A stretch of DNA of 63,543 nucleotides, the filler included, from Octopus bimaculoides (lineage: Eukaryota), in NCBI RefSeq assembly GCF_001194135.2. It is 5 parts of 5 records of this genome, joined end to end, with 100 filler letters (N's around TTAATTAATTAA, not from the genome) between each part and the next. Parts side by side here need not be neighbours in the genome. Positions count along the whole stretch, not along the records: positions 7,195 to 25,807 come from NC_068990.1; positions 25,908 to 44,255 come from NC_068987.1; 3 more parts are not named here. One strand, 5' to 3'. The translations under genes were made by a program, and so were the position numbers. Under the pieces are notes generated by a model, which was given only the letters and a program-made list of their open reading frames with translations, made no database searches and had not been told where the DNA came from. Below are positions 24,700-36,974 of this stretch, one piece after another; the stretch's first letter is position 1; the number at the start of each line of letters is the position of its first letter.

Positions 24700-25050
24700 T
24701 GGCTTAAACAGAACAGGAGGAGACTCGTAGGACGAAATGTTACTCAAGAGGTTACAGGTGTGTGATGAAAGATTTCCTGACAATGGACATCATGAAATAA
24801 GAACAATAATAAACAAGTGAAGAGTGAATGAGTAGTGCGTGTGTTTATTTGGCAAGAAAAAACTATGATCATCCCAAAATACACACACATGTACATGCAC
24901 ACATGAGTCCATAGAGGTGGTCCAGAGATTCTCTATATAGACAACACTTTGTAGAACTCAAAAGATTCTAACTGAGAGTCCAGTGTGTTTACAGGGGAGC
25001 GATTCCACAAGGTAAAGAAAGGCTATAAGAGGGATCGAGTTGTGTGGATG
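24700..25050 (-). mobile_element. Decayed CR1/L2-clade LINE 3' fragment
   Basis: Minus strand TTRSLL*PFFTLWNRSP resembles the F..RT..LWN.LP C-terminal motif of CR1/L2 ORF2; heavily decayed. Confidence 0.4.
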
Positions 25051-25055
25051 TAGAA

Positions 25056-25492
25056 GCAATCATGCAGATATAAACAAATTAGATACATTAAATATAATAC
25101 TTTGGGTAGGAAATATAAAATATGTATAGATGCACACATGCAAAGCAAGAGAAAGCAAAAGGTGGAGACTTTCTGATGGTGAATTTTTAAGTATAAATAT
25201 ATTTATATTACTAGGTCCAAACTTCCACAGAGTACAAATGACAAAGAAAATTAAAGGGATGGAAAAAAAGTGTTATAAGTCCAACATCTGTCTGTTGTTT
25301 GTACACTGTGTAGGTTGGACCTATTAATATAAATATCTATATATTTATACTTAAAAATTCATCATCTGAAAGTCACCACCTTTTGCTTTCTCTCGTTATG
25401 CATGTATACATATATATGTATTTTGTATTTTACACCCGAAGTATTGCATTTAATATATTTAATGTGTCTAATTTGTTTATCTGCATAATTGC
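25056..25492. repeat. Long foldback inverted repeat (about 190-bp arms, about 50-bp spacer)
   Basis: 25056-25245 is the reverse complement of 25297-25492, e.g. GAGAAAGCAAAAGGTGG.GACTTTC.GATG.TGAATTTTTAAGTATAAATAT. Confidence 0.9.
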
Positions 25493-25513
25493 CTATCTCT
25501 CTTTCTATATATA

Positions 25514-25549
25514 TCTATATATATAAAAATGAGAATGTGTGTGTGTGTG

Positions 25550-25580
<31 letters not shown>

Positions 25581-25807
25581 GTGAATCCCTAAAACTCGAG
25601 AACTACGCAACCAATTTCATTCAAATTTTACACATGCCTTACTTAGGGTTCCAGTTGTGTTTTAGTCAAAAAAAAATTATTAACTTCTTGCAGAGTTCGA
25701 GCACACGGCAACATAATATCTCCTCCACTATTTAAGTATTACGTGTCAAAAGTGAAACAAAAACACTCATGTCAAATACTTTCACTTTAAAAATGGAACT
25801 ATTCCAC
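25514..25807 (+). mobile_element. Helitron-type 5' end with (GT)n(GTCT)n, truncated by gap
   Basis: A|TCTATATATATAAAAATGAGAATG followed by the microsatellite and AAAACTCGAGAACTAC..AACCAATTTCATTCAAATTTT, the layout of non-autonomous animal Helitrons. Confidence 0.65.
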
Positions 25808-25907
25808 NNNNNNNNNNNNNNNNNNNNNNNNNNNNNNNNNNNNNNNNNNNNTTAATTAATTAANNNNNNNNNNNNNNNNNNNNNNNNNNNNNNNNNNNNN
25901 NNNNNNN

Positions 25908-28900
25908 ACTACATATATGGGAAATTCTGTCTGTGGACTTGTTTGTTTGCGGAGTTGTTAGCTAACCCCTCCTGTATCGTTTTATCGAATTTGATGAAAC
26001 TTGACTCGTGAGTAGAACTCGTGTCTGGAAACCTCGTGACATACTTAGATTGTTGTAAATATCGATAATAGGACCCCTGGAAGGGATCCTTATATCTACT
26101 ACATACAACTAATATATTTTATTTAAACACCCAAGGGAAATAACCCATAACTCCTGTATTTACAGTTGTCAGTTTTTAGCGAAGCGATCAATATTTGATT
26201 CTCACGATCAGCGGACCTAATTCTGCATTTCACTGCTCACAGTTTTGAACTGCTAAACCTTATTGCCCTTTTTTTATTTGAATCTTAAACCTTAAAGACT
26301 TCATTCATACATTTATATACTTTTTGCGCTTATATATACTACATTTATATATTAGCTTTAATAAATTAACCTTGATGAAGTTAACCTTTAAAATGGGTAC
26401 TTCTATTTCACAAGCTGCTCTAATGCGACAACTGCGATCTCAAGTAAGTCTCTGATTCATTATATTTTATATTTACTAAATCAAACAATTATTCTTCGTC
26501 TGTTCTACTTCAATATCTAAACAGTTATATACATATTGCTGTAATTAATTTAGACATTTTTTCAGCATCTCCAAATAACTAAATGCTGGCAATGCATGCA
26601 GTGCTTTCAAATAAATTTGATTACACTTTGAATGCCCATAACTCCGATAATTCTGCATTTTTCCAGTTAAACCATTTCGATGTTAGTAGATAAGTTTTGA
26701 TTCCAGAACCTATTTAATAAGTGTGTCCCAATACAATGAACTCATACTTTGAATGCTTAAAATTCTTAAAAAATGAAACCAAACTTCCACACTGTATTGA
26801 GTTGGGACACCCTGTATTTTAGAAATCATAATATTTATTGCTTATTTACAGTTCATACAACATTTTGATGAAACTAAGTGAGGCATCGAATTTAGAAATA
26901 TTTTAGAGGTTTCATTGTTTATGTCCTATTAATTTGAATATTGATTTTTAGTGTGTTGAATTTCTAATTTTTGCAGACAATATGACTTTTATACTTTATT
27001 CATTTAACATGCATACCAAAACCTTTTTTTATAAGGAGACAGCCGAAGAGACACAACGACGTCTAGCCATGCAAAGACAAAGAAATGTAAGGGCATGACA
27101 AAATGAGACCCTCGAGGCGACACAAAGCCGTCTTGCAGCCCAAAGAGAGGCATCTTCAAGGGCACGACGAAATGAAACCCAACAATGAATCGTCAAGTGT
27201 CCATTGGCAAAATGAATACTGTTTCTTCTTATTGTAAGGTTCTAAAATGGCCAAATGAGACTCCTTCTATGTGCTGCTTTGAAACTAGTGTGAGGCTGGA
27301 CAGACTGCAAGATCCACCAGACGTATTATTGCAGCTTCTTCTACAAAACACTCCCGACAGTATCAATTTCCGTCATAAAATAGGGGAATATAACGCATCC
27401 TTCATGATAACATCATTCCGTGCAGGAGAAGATTTCACTCGACAAGGTCTCTTTTCAACTTTCAAAATCATGGATCAATGCTATCATCGAGTGGGGAGCC
27501 TAAGACCTTTACCAGATGCAGAGTCGAAATTTGTCCAGGTGCATTTTATGGGAGGCGACGGCAAGGAAGGTGACCAGCGGTGCAGGCTGAATGAAGGTAT
27601 TGACAAACGTTTGATTGCAAAATTACAGACAATGCTTCATTCAACTAATACCTATGTGAATAGCTTGAAATGCGCTTTGGAGAGGATGAACGAGGTGCCT
27701 AATCTCAAAGTCGTCATCACAGCTGACAAACGACCAGCTGGCGAACATGCTCGGCGATTCAATGCACCTGCTAATAATGAGGTGGCCATCATTATGGCTG
27801 GAGAACAGCACGGCGAACGAGATATTATTCTCAACCATTGTGACAATCAATTATCATTCATTAAAGAGACACACCGGTCATACGACTGCTTAGAGAAGAT
27901 GGCTATCACTTTGAGATTTCTTCAATTTGACCGCTCAACTGGACTACCGATCAACGAAAAAGTATCCTGTCGACAATTTTACGCCTACTTGTTGATGGTG
28001 AGAGAGGGAGAAATCAACCAACTCTTGCGCTTCCAGGGAGTCACAAGGCAGTTTATGGTTGACATGTATGCCAAGATCGAAACTGAACGTTACATTTTCA
28101 TTCGCACTAACAAACTGAAGCTGAGGTCCGAAAAATATATTCATTTGAAAGATGCACTCAGTCAAGACGGCAACGTGCACAATGTTGATAAGCAAGTTAT
28201 CCTACTAGCAAACTTCATTGGCTCTCCACGATACATCTATCAGCAGACCCAGGATACTATGGCCTACGTGCGCAAGTTCGGACGGCCTGATTTATTCATC
28301 ACCTTTACCTGCAATCCCAAATGGCAAAACATCCTAGACTGCTTCTTCGAAGGTCAACACAGCAGTGATAGACATGACATAATTGCAAGGGTCTTCAGCT
28401 TGAAACAGCAAAACATTGGTGGCTGCTTAAAGATTGTAAAATCTTTGGTGACCTCAATGTTTGGATGTACACAATCAAATGAGGCAGAAACGGGGTCTGC
28501 CTCATTCGCATAACCTCATATGGTGCAAGGAGAGGATACATTCAGAGTCGATTGATGACATCATTTGTGCAGGGTTCCCAAACCCAGATCAAGACGCTCG
28601 CCTCTACAACATTGTGAAGAAACACATGATTCATGGGCCCTGTGGCAGCTTTAACCCTTTGTCTCCTTGCATGGAGAATAATATGTGCACCAAAAGGTTC
28701 CCCAGACCATTCGTTCGAGAAATGTGAACTGGACATGACGGTTATCCACTCTACAGGTGGCGCAGACCTGAAGATGGCGGTTATACTGCAACACTGAAGA
28801 TATACCAGTAAGAGATTGAAGTTGACAGATGGATTGTGCCCTGCAACAAACTCCTATCGAAAATGTCTGAGGCAAACATCAACGTCGAATCATGTAATTC

Positions 28901-31425
28901 TGTAAAGAGCATCAAATGCATCTGCAAATACATCAACAAAGGGTCCCAAATGGCAGTTTTTGGAGTTAATGCGGATGAACAGCGAACGAATGAAATAAGA
29001 CGTTATCTATTGGGAAGATACATATCATCAAAAGAGGCGATTTGGCATATATTTGGCTTCCCACTTCACAGACGGTAGCCAACGGTTGTGAATCTAGCTG
29101 TTCATCTTGAAAGCGGAGAGCGTGTCTATTTCACGGAATATAATGCTCAACAGCAATTTCAACAACCACCTCCAAAACAACTCTTACAGCTTTCTTCGAC
29201 CTATGCAAAACAGACAATTTTGCCCGATCCCTGCTTTATGTTCAAGTACCTGTCTATTACACCTGGTCAGGAGAACTGGGTAAAACGTATACATGGAACT
29301 CCAGTTATCGTCTATGAGGCAGAAGATATATTTCAAAGCAATGTTATCGGGAAAGTTGACACAGTCCATCGAAATCAACAAGAGTGCTTCTTTTTACGTC
29401 TCCTCCTACACACTGTCCGAGGTCCCACATGTTTTCAATATCTGCGAATGTTTAATGGAGAGCTCTGTCCAATCTTTAGAGAGGCCTGTGCCAAACATGG
29501 ACTACTTGAAGATGATGTTCACTAGCACCAAACACTCGACGTAGCTTCTGTCGCCAAAATGCCAACTCAACTACGCCAATTATTCTCCATCATGCTTATG
29601 ACATGTGCCTTGAGTGATCCTATAACGCTTTGGAAGAATTACAGAGAAAGCATTCAAAGGCAGATTTCAAAGGCAGAACCCATCGGAAACTGTCGAATAC
29701 AACGAGGCTATTTTCAACGAAGCATTCAATGATCTAGACAACCGAATGAAATCCATGGGTGGCAGTGGAGTTGCTGCTTTTGGTCTACCTCAACCAGATA
29801 TGTCACCTAAAGCCCTTGAAATCGAATATGTACATGAGAGCAATTATGACGTCAAAGAAATGGCAGCGTTTGTGGCTGATAATGAACACAAATTGAACAA
29901 AAATCAAAAAACTACCTTCGAATCCATTATTTCGTCTACTCATAGCGAGACTGGTAATCTCTTCTTTCTCGATGCTCCAGGTGGAACATGCTCCAGGTGG
30001 AACTGGCAAAACATTTATTATCAATCTTATTTCGGCGAAGCTGCAACAAAATAAACAGATAGCCCTTGCCGTGGCGTTAAGTGGAATAGCTGCAACTCTG
30101 TTAAACGGTGGACACACAGCTCATTCGTGCTTCAAATTGCCTCTGGACCTTTCAAAAAAAGAGATAGCGACCTGCAATATCAGCCATGGCACTGCAAAAG
30201 CAAAAATTCTCACCGAGTGCAAATTGATCATTTGGGATGAAGCGACAATGAGTTATCAGGGGGCTTTTGAGGCTTTTGACAGATTACTTCAAGATATGAG
30301 GCACAACATAAGGCTAACGGGTGGCCTAACAAGTACTCCTTGCAGGTGACTTTCGACGCTTCCAGTCATTCCAAAGGGAACAAGAGCAGATGAGGTAAAT
30401 GCGAGCATCAAATCTCACAACAAACATGAGAGTGCCGTTAGGTGGTGATGCGCACAAGGACAATTTTTACAGGCAATTAATGAATATTGGAAACGATGTT
30501 GTAATTCTTGAGCAGGGTGGGATGATTAGTTTACCCTTTGGCAATTTGTTGTCACACAATTCAGAGAGCATTGTTGGTTGAGAAAACGTGCAATTTTGAC
30601 GCAAAAAAAATGTCGCAGTCGATGGCGTAAACAATCAACCTCTGGTCGGACATACAAGTCAATTGATACTGTGCTCCACACCAATGACGATGTTCATTAC
30701 CCCGTTGAATTCCTCAATAGCCTTGCACCTTGAGGTCTACCACCGCATGAATTGCATCTAAAGGTTGGAGCCTCAGTTATGCTTTTAAGAAACCTCGATC
30801 CCCCAAAATTATGCAATGATACGAGACTTATCAAAAAACTGATGCAGACAGTGTTGGAGATGACAACACTGACTGGGAAATCAAGTAGCGAAGATGTTTT
30901 CATTCCGAAGATTCCTCTGATTCCTTCCGACAGAAATTGATTTCAAAAGTCTATAAATCCCACTGAGATTAAGCTTTGTAATGAGTATCAACAAAGCACA
31001 GGGTCAGACATTGGAAGTGGTGGGCCTTAATCTTGCAGAACCTGTTTTTTGTCACGGACAGCTTTATGTCGGATGCTCTAGAGTTGGAAATCCGGAAAAT
31101 TTATTCATCTATGCACCCAACGGCAAAACCAAAAACATTGTGCATCACGAAGCCCTGCAAGACTGAAATTTTGGAACAAAGATGTCTCTCCCTCCGACAA
31201 CCTCTCTCGCCACCCTCCGACAATCTTTCTCGCCAACCTCTGAAAACCTCTCTCGACAATCTCTGACAATCTCTCCTTCCTCCAGCTGACAGTTTTTTGT
31301 ACTTTTTCGCGACGGAAAATACACCTTTTGTGGCAGTTATAACGAAATTGCTTTCTTATATCAGAGTAAGAAGACGTTTCAATAGAACATTTTTACCCTT
31401 GGGAATTACCGGGTACACCAGCTAG
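25908..31425 (+). mobile_element. Decayed autonomous-type Helitron
   Basis: 5'-like start (N)ACTACATATATGGGAAATTCTGTCTGT after the gap, a RepHel pseudogene inside, and 3' end CCGGGTACACCAGCTAG|T with CTAG at 31422-31425. Confidence 0.85.
27036..31166 (+). pseudogene. Helitron Rep/PIF1-helicase (RepHel) pseudogene
   Basis: Two 23-aa STPR repeats (27036-27173); Rep motifs RPDLFITFTCNPKW, QKRGLPHSH and KCICKYINKG; helicase motifs FLDAPGGTGKTF, LIIWDEATMS, GDFR, and QGQTLEVVG...FCHGQLYVGCSRV. Many stops and frameshifts. Confidence 0.95.
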
Positions 31426-31446
31426 TATATATATATATACAGTTTC

Positions 31447-31735
31447 GATGAAGGCGCGTGATCTAGTGGTTAAGGCGTGCACTCACGATCGCGAGACTAT
31501 GGCTTCGATTTCAAGACCGGCTGTGCTTCATGTTATTGATCAAAACACTTCATTTCACGTTGCTCCACGCCACTCAGCTATAAATGGTTAACCTTGCAAC
31601 AGACCGGTGTTCTGTCCGAGGGGAATGTTGGCTTACCCGCCAAGCATTCGAAAGTTTAAATAATTCAGGGAAGCGCATTGTGACCAGCGATGTATAACAA
31701 CAATCGACAGTCTGGTCGATACTGTGATGGCGTAA
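31447..31735 (+). mobile_element. SINE family S4 (tRNA head + Deu/Nin-like core), different tail
   Basis: A-box-like TGATCTAGTGG, B-box-like GGCTTCGATTTC, core CAAAACACTTCATTTCACGTTGCTCCA. Related antisense pieces at 51305-51480 and 55810-55905. Confidence 0.75.
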
Positions 31736-31803
31736 CATATACAGTATGTAACGGTGGAAGTTTTTAGTTGATTGCCATTATGTAAAGATGAAAGAACAGT
31801 GAT

Positions 31804-32471
31804 TGAAGTTGTAAAGAAAATATTTATTTTACCGTTACATTGTAAAATACCTTGCCTCGACGGGCAAGTGATAAAATCGTAAAGCATACGAAGTAAAGAT
31901 AGATGTAGATTTTCCTTGTATAGTTTGTGTTTGTGTTCTCGTCATTGTGTAGTAGTAATTACAGATAGAGATGGAGTAAAGTTCTAAACAGAAAGTGAGC
32001 TGAGCTAGTGATAGTGAGAGAGTCGAGGGAAGTTGTCCCGCATAGTCACTGATTGTAACTTTCTTTTTCCCTCTGGCTGTTTGTCTTTAGTGGCTGCCTG
32101 CTTGTGGCCATGATTTTAGTGGTCCGTTCACTAACAGATGGTCGCTCTCTCTAACTCGGGTTCTCACTAACTCACTGACTTTTGCTTGGGGGTTCTTGTT
32201 TTTATAACTATCCAGAAGGATAGACACATCGTTGAGAACAATAAATTTCGTTGGTAGTACTTGTTATCTTAATTCTGTCTTTTGGTAGCTTATAAGAGGT
32301 TAGAAGGGTCAAGTGGCGAAGACATTATTTTGCTTAGCTAAGGCATCTGGCAAATGTAAACTGCTGTCACAGGAAACTATGGTTTTACCGTGAGAAAAGT
32401 GCTGTTGAAGTGTTAATTTAAATTTGGCTATCTAAGATCGAATTCACGCTATGCCTGCAAGATCCACTACA
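31804..32471 (-). mobile_element. LTR-like interspersed repeat, copy 1
   Basis: Colinear with 38455-39107 over about 650 bp. TG...CA ends; on the minus strand TATAAAAA (about 32200) lies upstream of AATAAA (about 31825). No TSD found. Confidence 0.55.
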
Positions 32472-33741
32472 TGTATATTACAATGCAATAATCTAGGAGC
32501 ATTTGGCTGTAATTTATTGCAAGACGAAGAAGCAACACATAGAAGATCCCTTATTGATGTCTCGTGGAGTCTGATATATGACAGATTCACAGAACAACAA
32601 AAATAAGAAACGAAAAGTGTGTCTCTCCGAATGCTTTCACACACATTCAAGGAGAATTGACCTTCCATCCTAAGCGGATTGACAAGCTTCAGTCAAGTAG
32701 GCCTGCAAACATCCTTCAACGAAAACAGTTTCTTGGTTAGAAAATGAATCCTTCTTGAAAGATCCTTTATTCTTGAAAAATTGATTATAATGAAACGATT
32801 ATTTGTATATTCATTCTTAATGCATCCAGGCAGGTTTCAAACGCAAAATACGTCGGTCACTGTAGTGTACGTCACAGGAGAGCAAAATCTCCCTTTTACA
32901 ACGACAAGTTCATGACGCACTCGGTTCATTGGGGAATGGATTCTGGGATATCGGTGTTTCGAAATGTTGTGTCTCGTCAGTTAGAAGTGCTCGGACTTTT
33001 GAGCCTAAAGGAAGCCTTTGGTTTTGTTTATACTTTGAGCAAACATTGTTTGCTGACGGTGCTTATATCTGCCAACCGATAAAAAGTCGTTGAGTAATAA
33101 ATAATAGAGCCTTTTTAGAAATATGAAGAAGCAGAGGAGCACAAGAAGCGTAGCATTTTTGCTCAGATTTCTGAGTTACATTACACAACGCACTTCCCAG
33201 CTACCCCCTCTATGAATCAAAACCACAATCTTGCGTGCAACTTCCTAATCACAAGGTCACGCGCCTTCACACTATGGCGGATGCCCGCTTAACATAATTC
33301 AATCAATACAAGGATATTATATTTGGGGAAAATCCCTTGCAGGTTACCTTGTTAGTAACAAAATTTTTAATTCAATAGAATGCTGAACGTCTTTCTTTTT
33401 GTTAAATTTTTCTGTCATTAGTGAATACAGTGTGTTTGACATGCCAACTAAGTTAAGGCATTAAACTTGTCAAACAGGAACAAGCTGACAAACTACAACA
33501 GTTTAAAGACTGAACTATTAAGTTTTGATGCTTGAGATTTTTGGTTGTATTTATTTCTCTAGTTTGTCAGCTGTTAATCAAAGCTAACTATTTCCTAATG
33601 TGTGCTATTTCCTAAGGTGTGCTATTTTGAGATGAATAGAAAAGACGCCTCACCACGCATAACAAATGTCGCCAAACATTTAATTCAAACTTCTGGGTTT
33701 CACATCCTTAGAGAGATATCAAGAAAGTGATGCTCTCTCTC

Positions 33742-33821
<80 letters not shown>

Positions 33822-33864
33822 CACGTACACATATATATATATATGTGCATAGATAGATAGATAA

Positions 33865-33899
<35 letters not shown>

Positions 33900-34120
33900 T
33901 GTATATGCATATATTTATGAGTATGCATATATACATTATATTATTATATTATATTATATTATATTATATTATATTATATTATTTGGATGTAAAGTAACAT
34001 AAGTGGACTCCTGAACCGCATGTTTAGAGAATGGTACTTATCAAACTCACTCTTGGATCAATACAGTGCACAAAACTCTCGCCTCTTGAATTACTTGTGG
34101 AACTTTAAAGTCGAATAATA

Positions 34121-34639
34121 CACGTGGTCTAATCAACGGACTTTAGCCATAGTAACGAAGCTAAAGCATGCAAAGTAAAGCTGCTTGGCAAAGATTGACC
34201 TTGAACTCTGCTGTGCATTTGCATTAAGTTTTAACGTTCTAGCTCACTTCTACTGTTTACAGCAGTGCTTGGAAGGAAGGTGTGTGGCGTGTGATCGACG
34301 CATTGACCACGACAGAGAAAGTTGTCATGGCGATACCTGCTCAGAGGCCTACGCTAAGTTGCAGAAAGTGTATGGAGAGGAGTGTATGAACCGCACACAA
34401 GTCTACGAGTGGTTCAGACGTTTCTAAGATGACCGAAAAAAATGTCGACATTGACAGCAGCACTGAGAAAAACATCGCAAATGTGCGTGCAGCTGTGAGG
34501 GACTATCGAAATCCTATTGACCGATGGGAGGAAGTCGTAAACAATAACGGAGAGTATATTATTGATTAATTTATTGAAGTTTTTTGTTTAAAATAAATTT
34601 TCAAAAAAGAAAAAGACCATGAATTATTCCTCAACCCAA
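34121..34639 (+). mobile_element. Mariner remnant: left end of one family joined to right end of another
   Basis: HTH-like CSEAYAKLQKVYGEECMNRTQVYEWFRRF (shared with 45090-45357), then C-terminal LLDRWEEVVNNNGEYIID* and a TIR-like end GAATTATTCCTCAACCCAA|TA. Confidence 0.7.
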
Positions 34640-34650
34640 TATATAGTTCA

Positions 34651-34820
34651 AAATTACAGAAAACAAAAGACGAAGACAGGTGTAGGAACAACAAGCAGAT
34701 GTATTAGTTTAACGCTCGGGAAGAATGGAAAAGTCTTTTATGTTTCCAGCCTACGCTCTTCGACAGAAAAGATTAAGAGGTAAAGAAAACGGAGAGAGAA
34801 AACAAAATGTGTAGAGATTA
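34651..34820 (-). mobile_element. Penelope-like terminal repeat, copy 1, with hammerhead-like motif at 34733-34772
   Basis: Homologous to 44399-44590. Minus strand TCTTTT-CTGTCGA-A-GAGC-GTAG-GCTG-GAAAC-ATA-AAAGAC. Confidence 0.5.
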
Positions 34821-35042
34821 ATAGTTCAACATACGCAGAAGTGATTGTAACATGTATATGACACAAATACATTTAATATTGGATAATACATTATAATGTA
34901 ATACAATTAGTAGTGAAGATCACATGTTGTCGTTGCCTGTTTCGTGATTATATGCAATAGTAGTGTAATACACTAATTTATGAAACTGCATAAGGTACCA
35001 TACCTTCCGACTGCTGGTTTCTCACAGGGTGCGAAAAGTATA

Positions 35043-35312
35043 GTGGAGGCGCAATGGCCCAGTGGTTAGGGCAGCGGACTCGCGGTCATAGGATCGCGGT
35101 TTCGATTCCCAGACCGGGCGTTGTGAGTGTTTATTGAGCGAAAACACCTAAAGCTCCACGAGGCTCCGGCAGGGGATGGTGGCGAACCCTGCTGTACTCT
35201 TTCACCACAACTTTCTCTCACTCTTACTTCCTGTTTCTGTTGTGCCTGTAATTCAAAGGGTCAGCCTTGTCACACTGTGTCACGCTGAATATCCCCGACA
35301 ACTAAGTTAAGG
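35043..35312 (+). mobile_element. tRNA-derived SINE family S3, best-preserved copy (truncated by gap)
   Basis: A-box TGGCCCAGTGG, anticodon-like arm GGACTCGCGGTC (TCG, Arg), B-box GGTTTCGATTCC. Resembles the described octopus tRNA-Arg-derived SINEs; family assignment not verified. Confidence 0.85.
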
Positions 35313-36298
35313 NNNNNNNNNNNNNNNNNNNNNNNNNNNNNNNNNNNNNNNNNNNNNNNNNNNNNNNNNNNNNNNNNNNNNNNNNNNNNNNNNNNNNNNN
35401 NNNNNNNNNNNNNNNNNNNNNNNNNNNNNNNNNNNNNNNNNNNNNNNNNNNNNNNNNNNNNNNNNNNNNNNNNNNNNNNNNNNNNNNNNNNNNNNNNNNN
35501 NNNNNNNNNNNNNNNNNNNNNNNNNNNNNNNNNNNNNNNNNNNNNNNNNNNNNNNNNNNNNNNNNNNNNNNNNNNNNNNNNNNNNNNNNNNNNNNNNNNN
35601 NNNNNNNNNNNNNNNNNNNNNNNNNNNNNNNNNNNNNNNNNNNNNNNNNNNNNNNNNNNNNNNNNNNNNNNNNNNNNNNNNNNNNNNNNNNNNNNNNNNN
35701 NNNNNNNNNNNNNNNNNNNNNNNNNNNNNNNNNNNNNNNNNNNNNNNNNNNNNNNNNNNNNNNNNNNNNNNNNNNNNNNNNNNNNNNNNNNNNNNNNNNN
35801 NNNNNNNNNNNNNNNNNNNNNNNNNNNNNNNNNNNNNNNNNNNNNNNNNNNNNNNNNNNNNNNNNNNNNNNNNNNNNNNNNNNNNNNNNNNNNNNNNNNN
35901 NNNNNNNNNNNNNNNNNNNNNNNNNNNNNNNNNNNNNNNNNNNNNNNNNNNNNNNNNNNNNNNNNNNNNNNNNNNNNNNNNNNNNNNNNNNNNNNNNNNN
36001 NNNNNNNNNNNNNNNNNNNNNNNNNNNNNNNNNNNNNNNNNNNNNNNNNNNNNNNNNNNNNNNNNNNNNNNNNNNNNNNNNNNNNNNNNNNNNNNNNNNC
36101 AAATAAAGGTCGCCAATGACTTTGGTGTTTCATTGTTCTGGGTTCAAATCTGGCCTCCACATTGCCATTCAACCTTCTGAGAGTAACAAACGTAGTACCT
36201 GTCAGGTGCAACACTAGAGTCAATAAAATCAACAAAACCCCTTCCTCAAATTTGAGAAATTCTGCCTACATCAACATTTATCAACTATATCGCATGTA

Positions 36299-36482
36299 CG
36301 AGGGGGTGCTGAAAGGTTCCTGGCTTTAAGGGTATCGCAAAAGGCTTGGTTGGTGGCCCAAACTTCCGAATTCTTTTACAGGGCTTAGAAAAACTGAAGG
36401 ACCGCTGCAATATGTTGAATAAAATCATAATTAACTGATCCTTCTGTATTTCCTTTTACCCAAAACTTTTCACCCGCCCTCG
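36299..36482. mobile_element. Mariner-type MITE
   Basis: TA|CGAGGGGGTGCTGAAAGGTT ... AACTTTTCACCCGCCCTCG|TA: inverted ends with TA TSD. Confidence 0.8.
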
Positions 36483-36833
36483 TATTTCTGTACTTCTTCC
36501 CAGTCTCTCGACCTACCTATCGATTTATTGAACCATACACAATAAGTATCAATATTTAGAGCCTAAATCACGTGATTCTCAATTCTAACAATGGTCAGCA
36601 GTTTACTGAAAGATGTTTATTTATTTTTTTACTAGCTGTATAAATCAGGTCAAGCTGAAGATTTGTCGCTGAAGATTTGTCGAGGATGATTCGCTTATTA
36701 ATTAGGACAACTTTTACAATGTCGTAATGCAACGTTTCATATTCAGTTGAAATTTTTATAATGCTGTAATACACAATTTTGTCATTAAGATGACACTTTA
36801 CAAGTTGCAATATAACATAATGGGCAACACCTC

Positions 36834-36866
<33 letters not shown>

Positions 36867-36886
36867 GTGCGCACACTCGTGCACAA

Positions 36887-36922
<36 letters not shown>

Positions 36923-36937
36923 TNNNNNNNNNNACAA

Positions 36938-36974
<37 letters not shown>

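Noticed and set aside
32956-32980. Hammerhead-like core CTGACGAG...CGAAAC on the minus strand
   Set aside because: Stem II has only 2 bp, and no NUH site with valid stems I/III can be drawn.
35043-35120. tRNA-like sequence with A and B boxes
   Set aside because: It lacks a closed acceptor stem and continues into a multicopy body, so it is a SINE head and not a tRNA gene.
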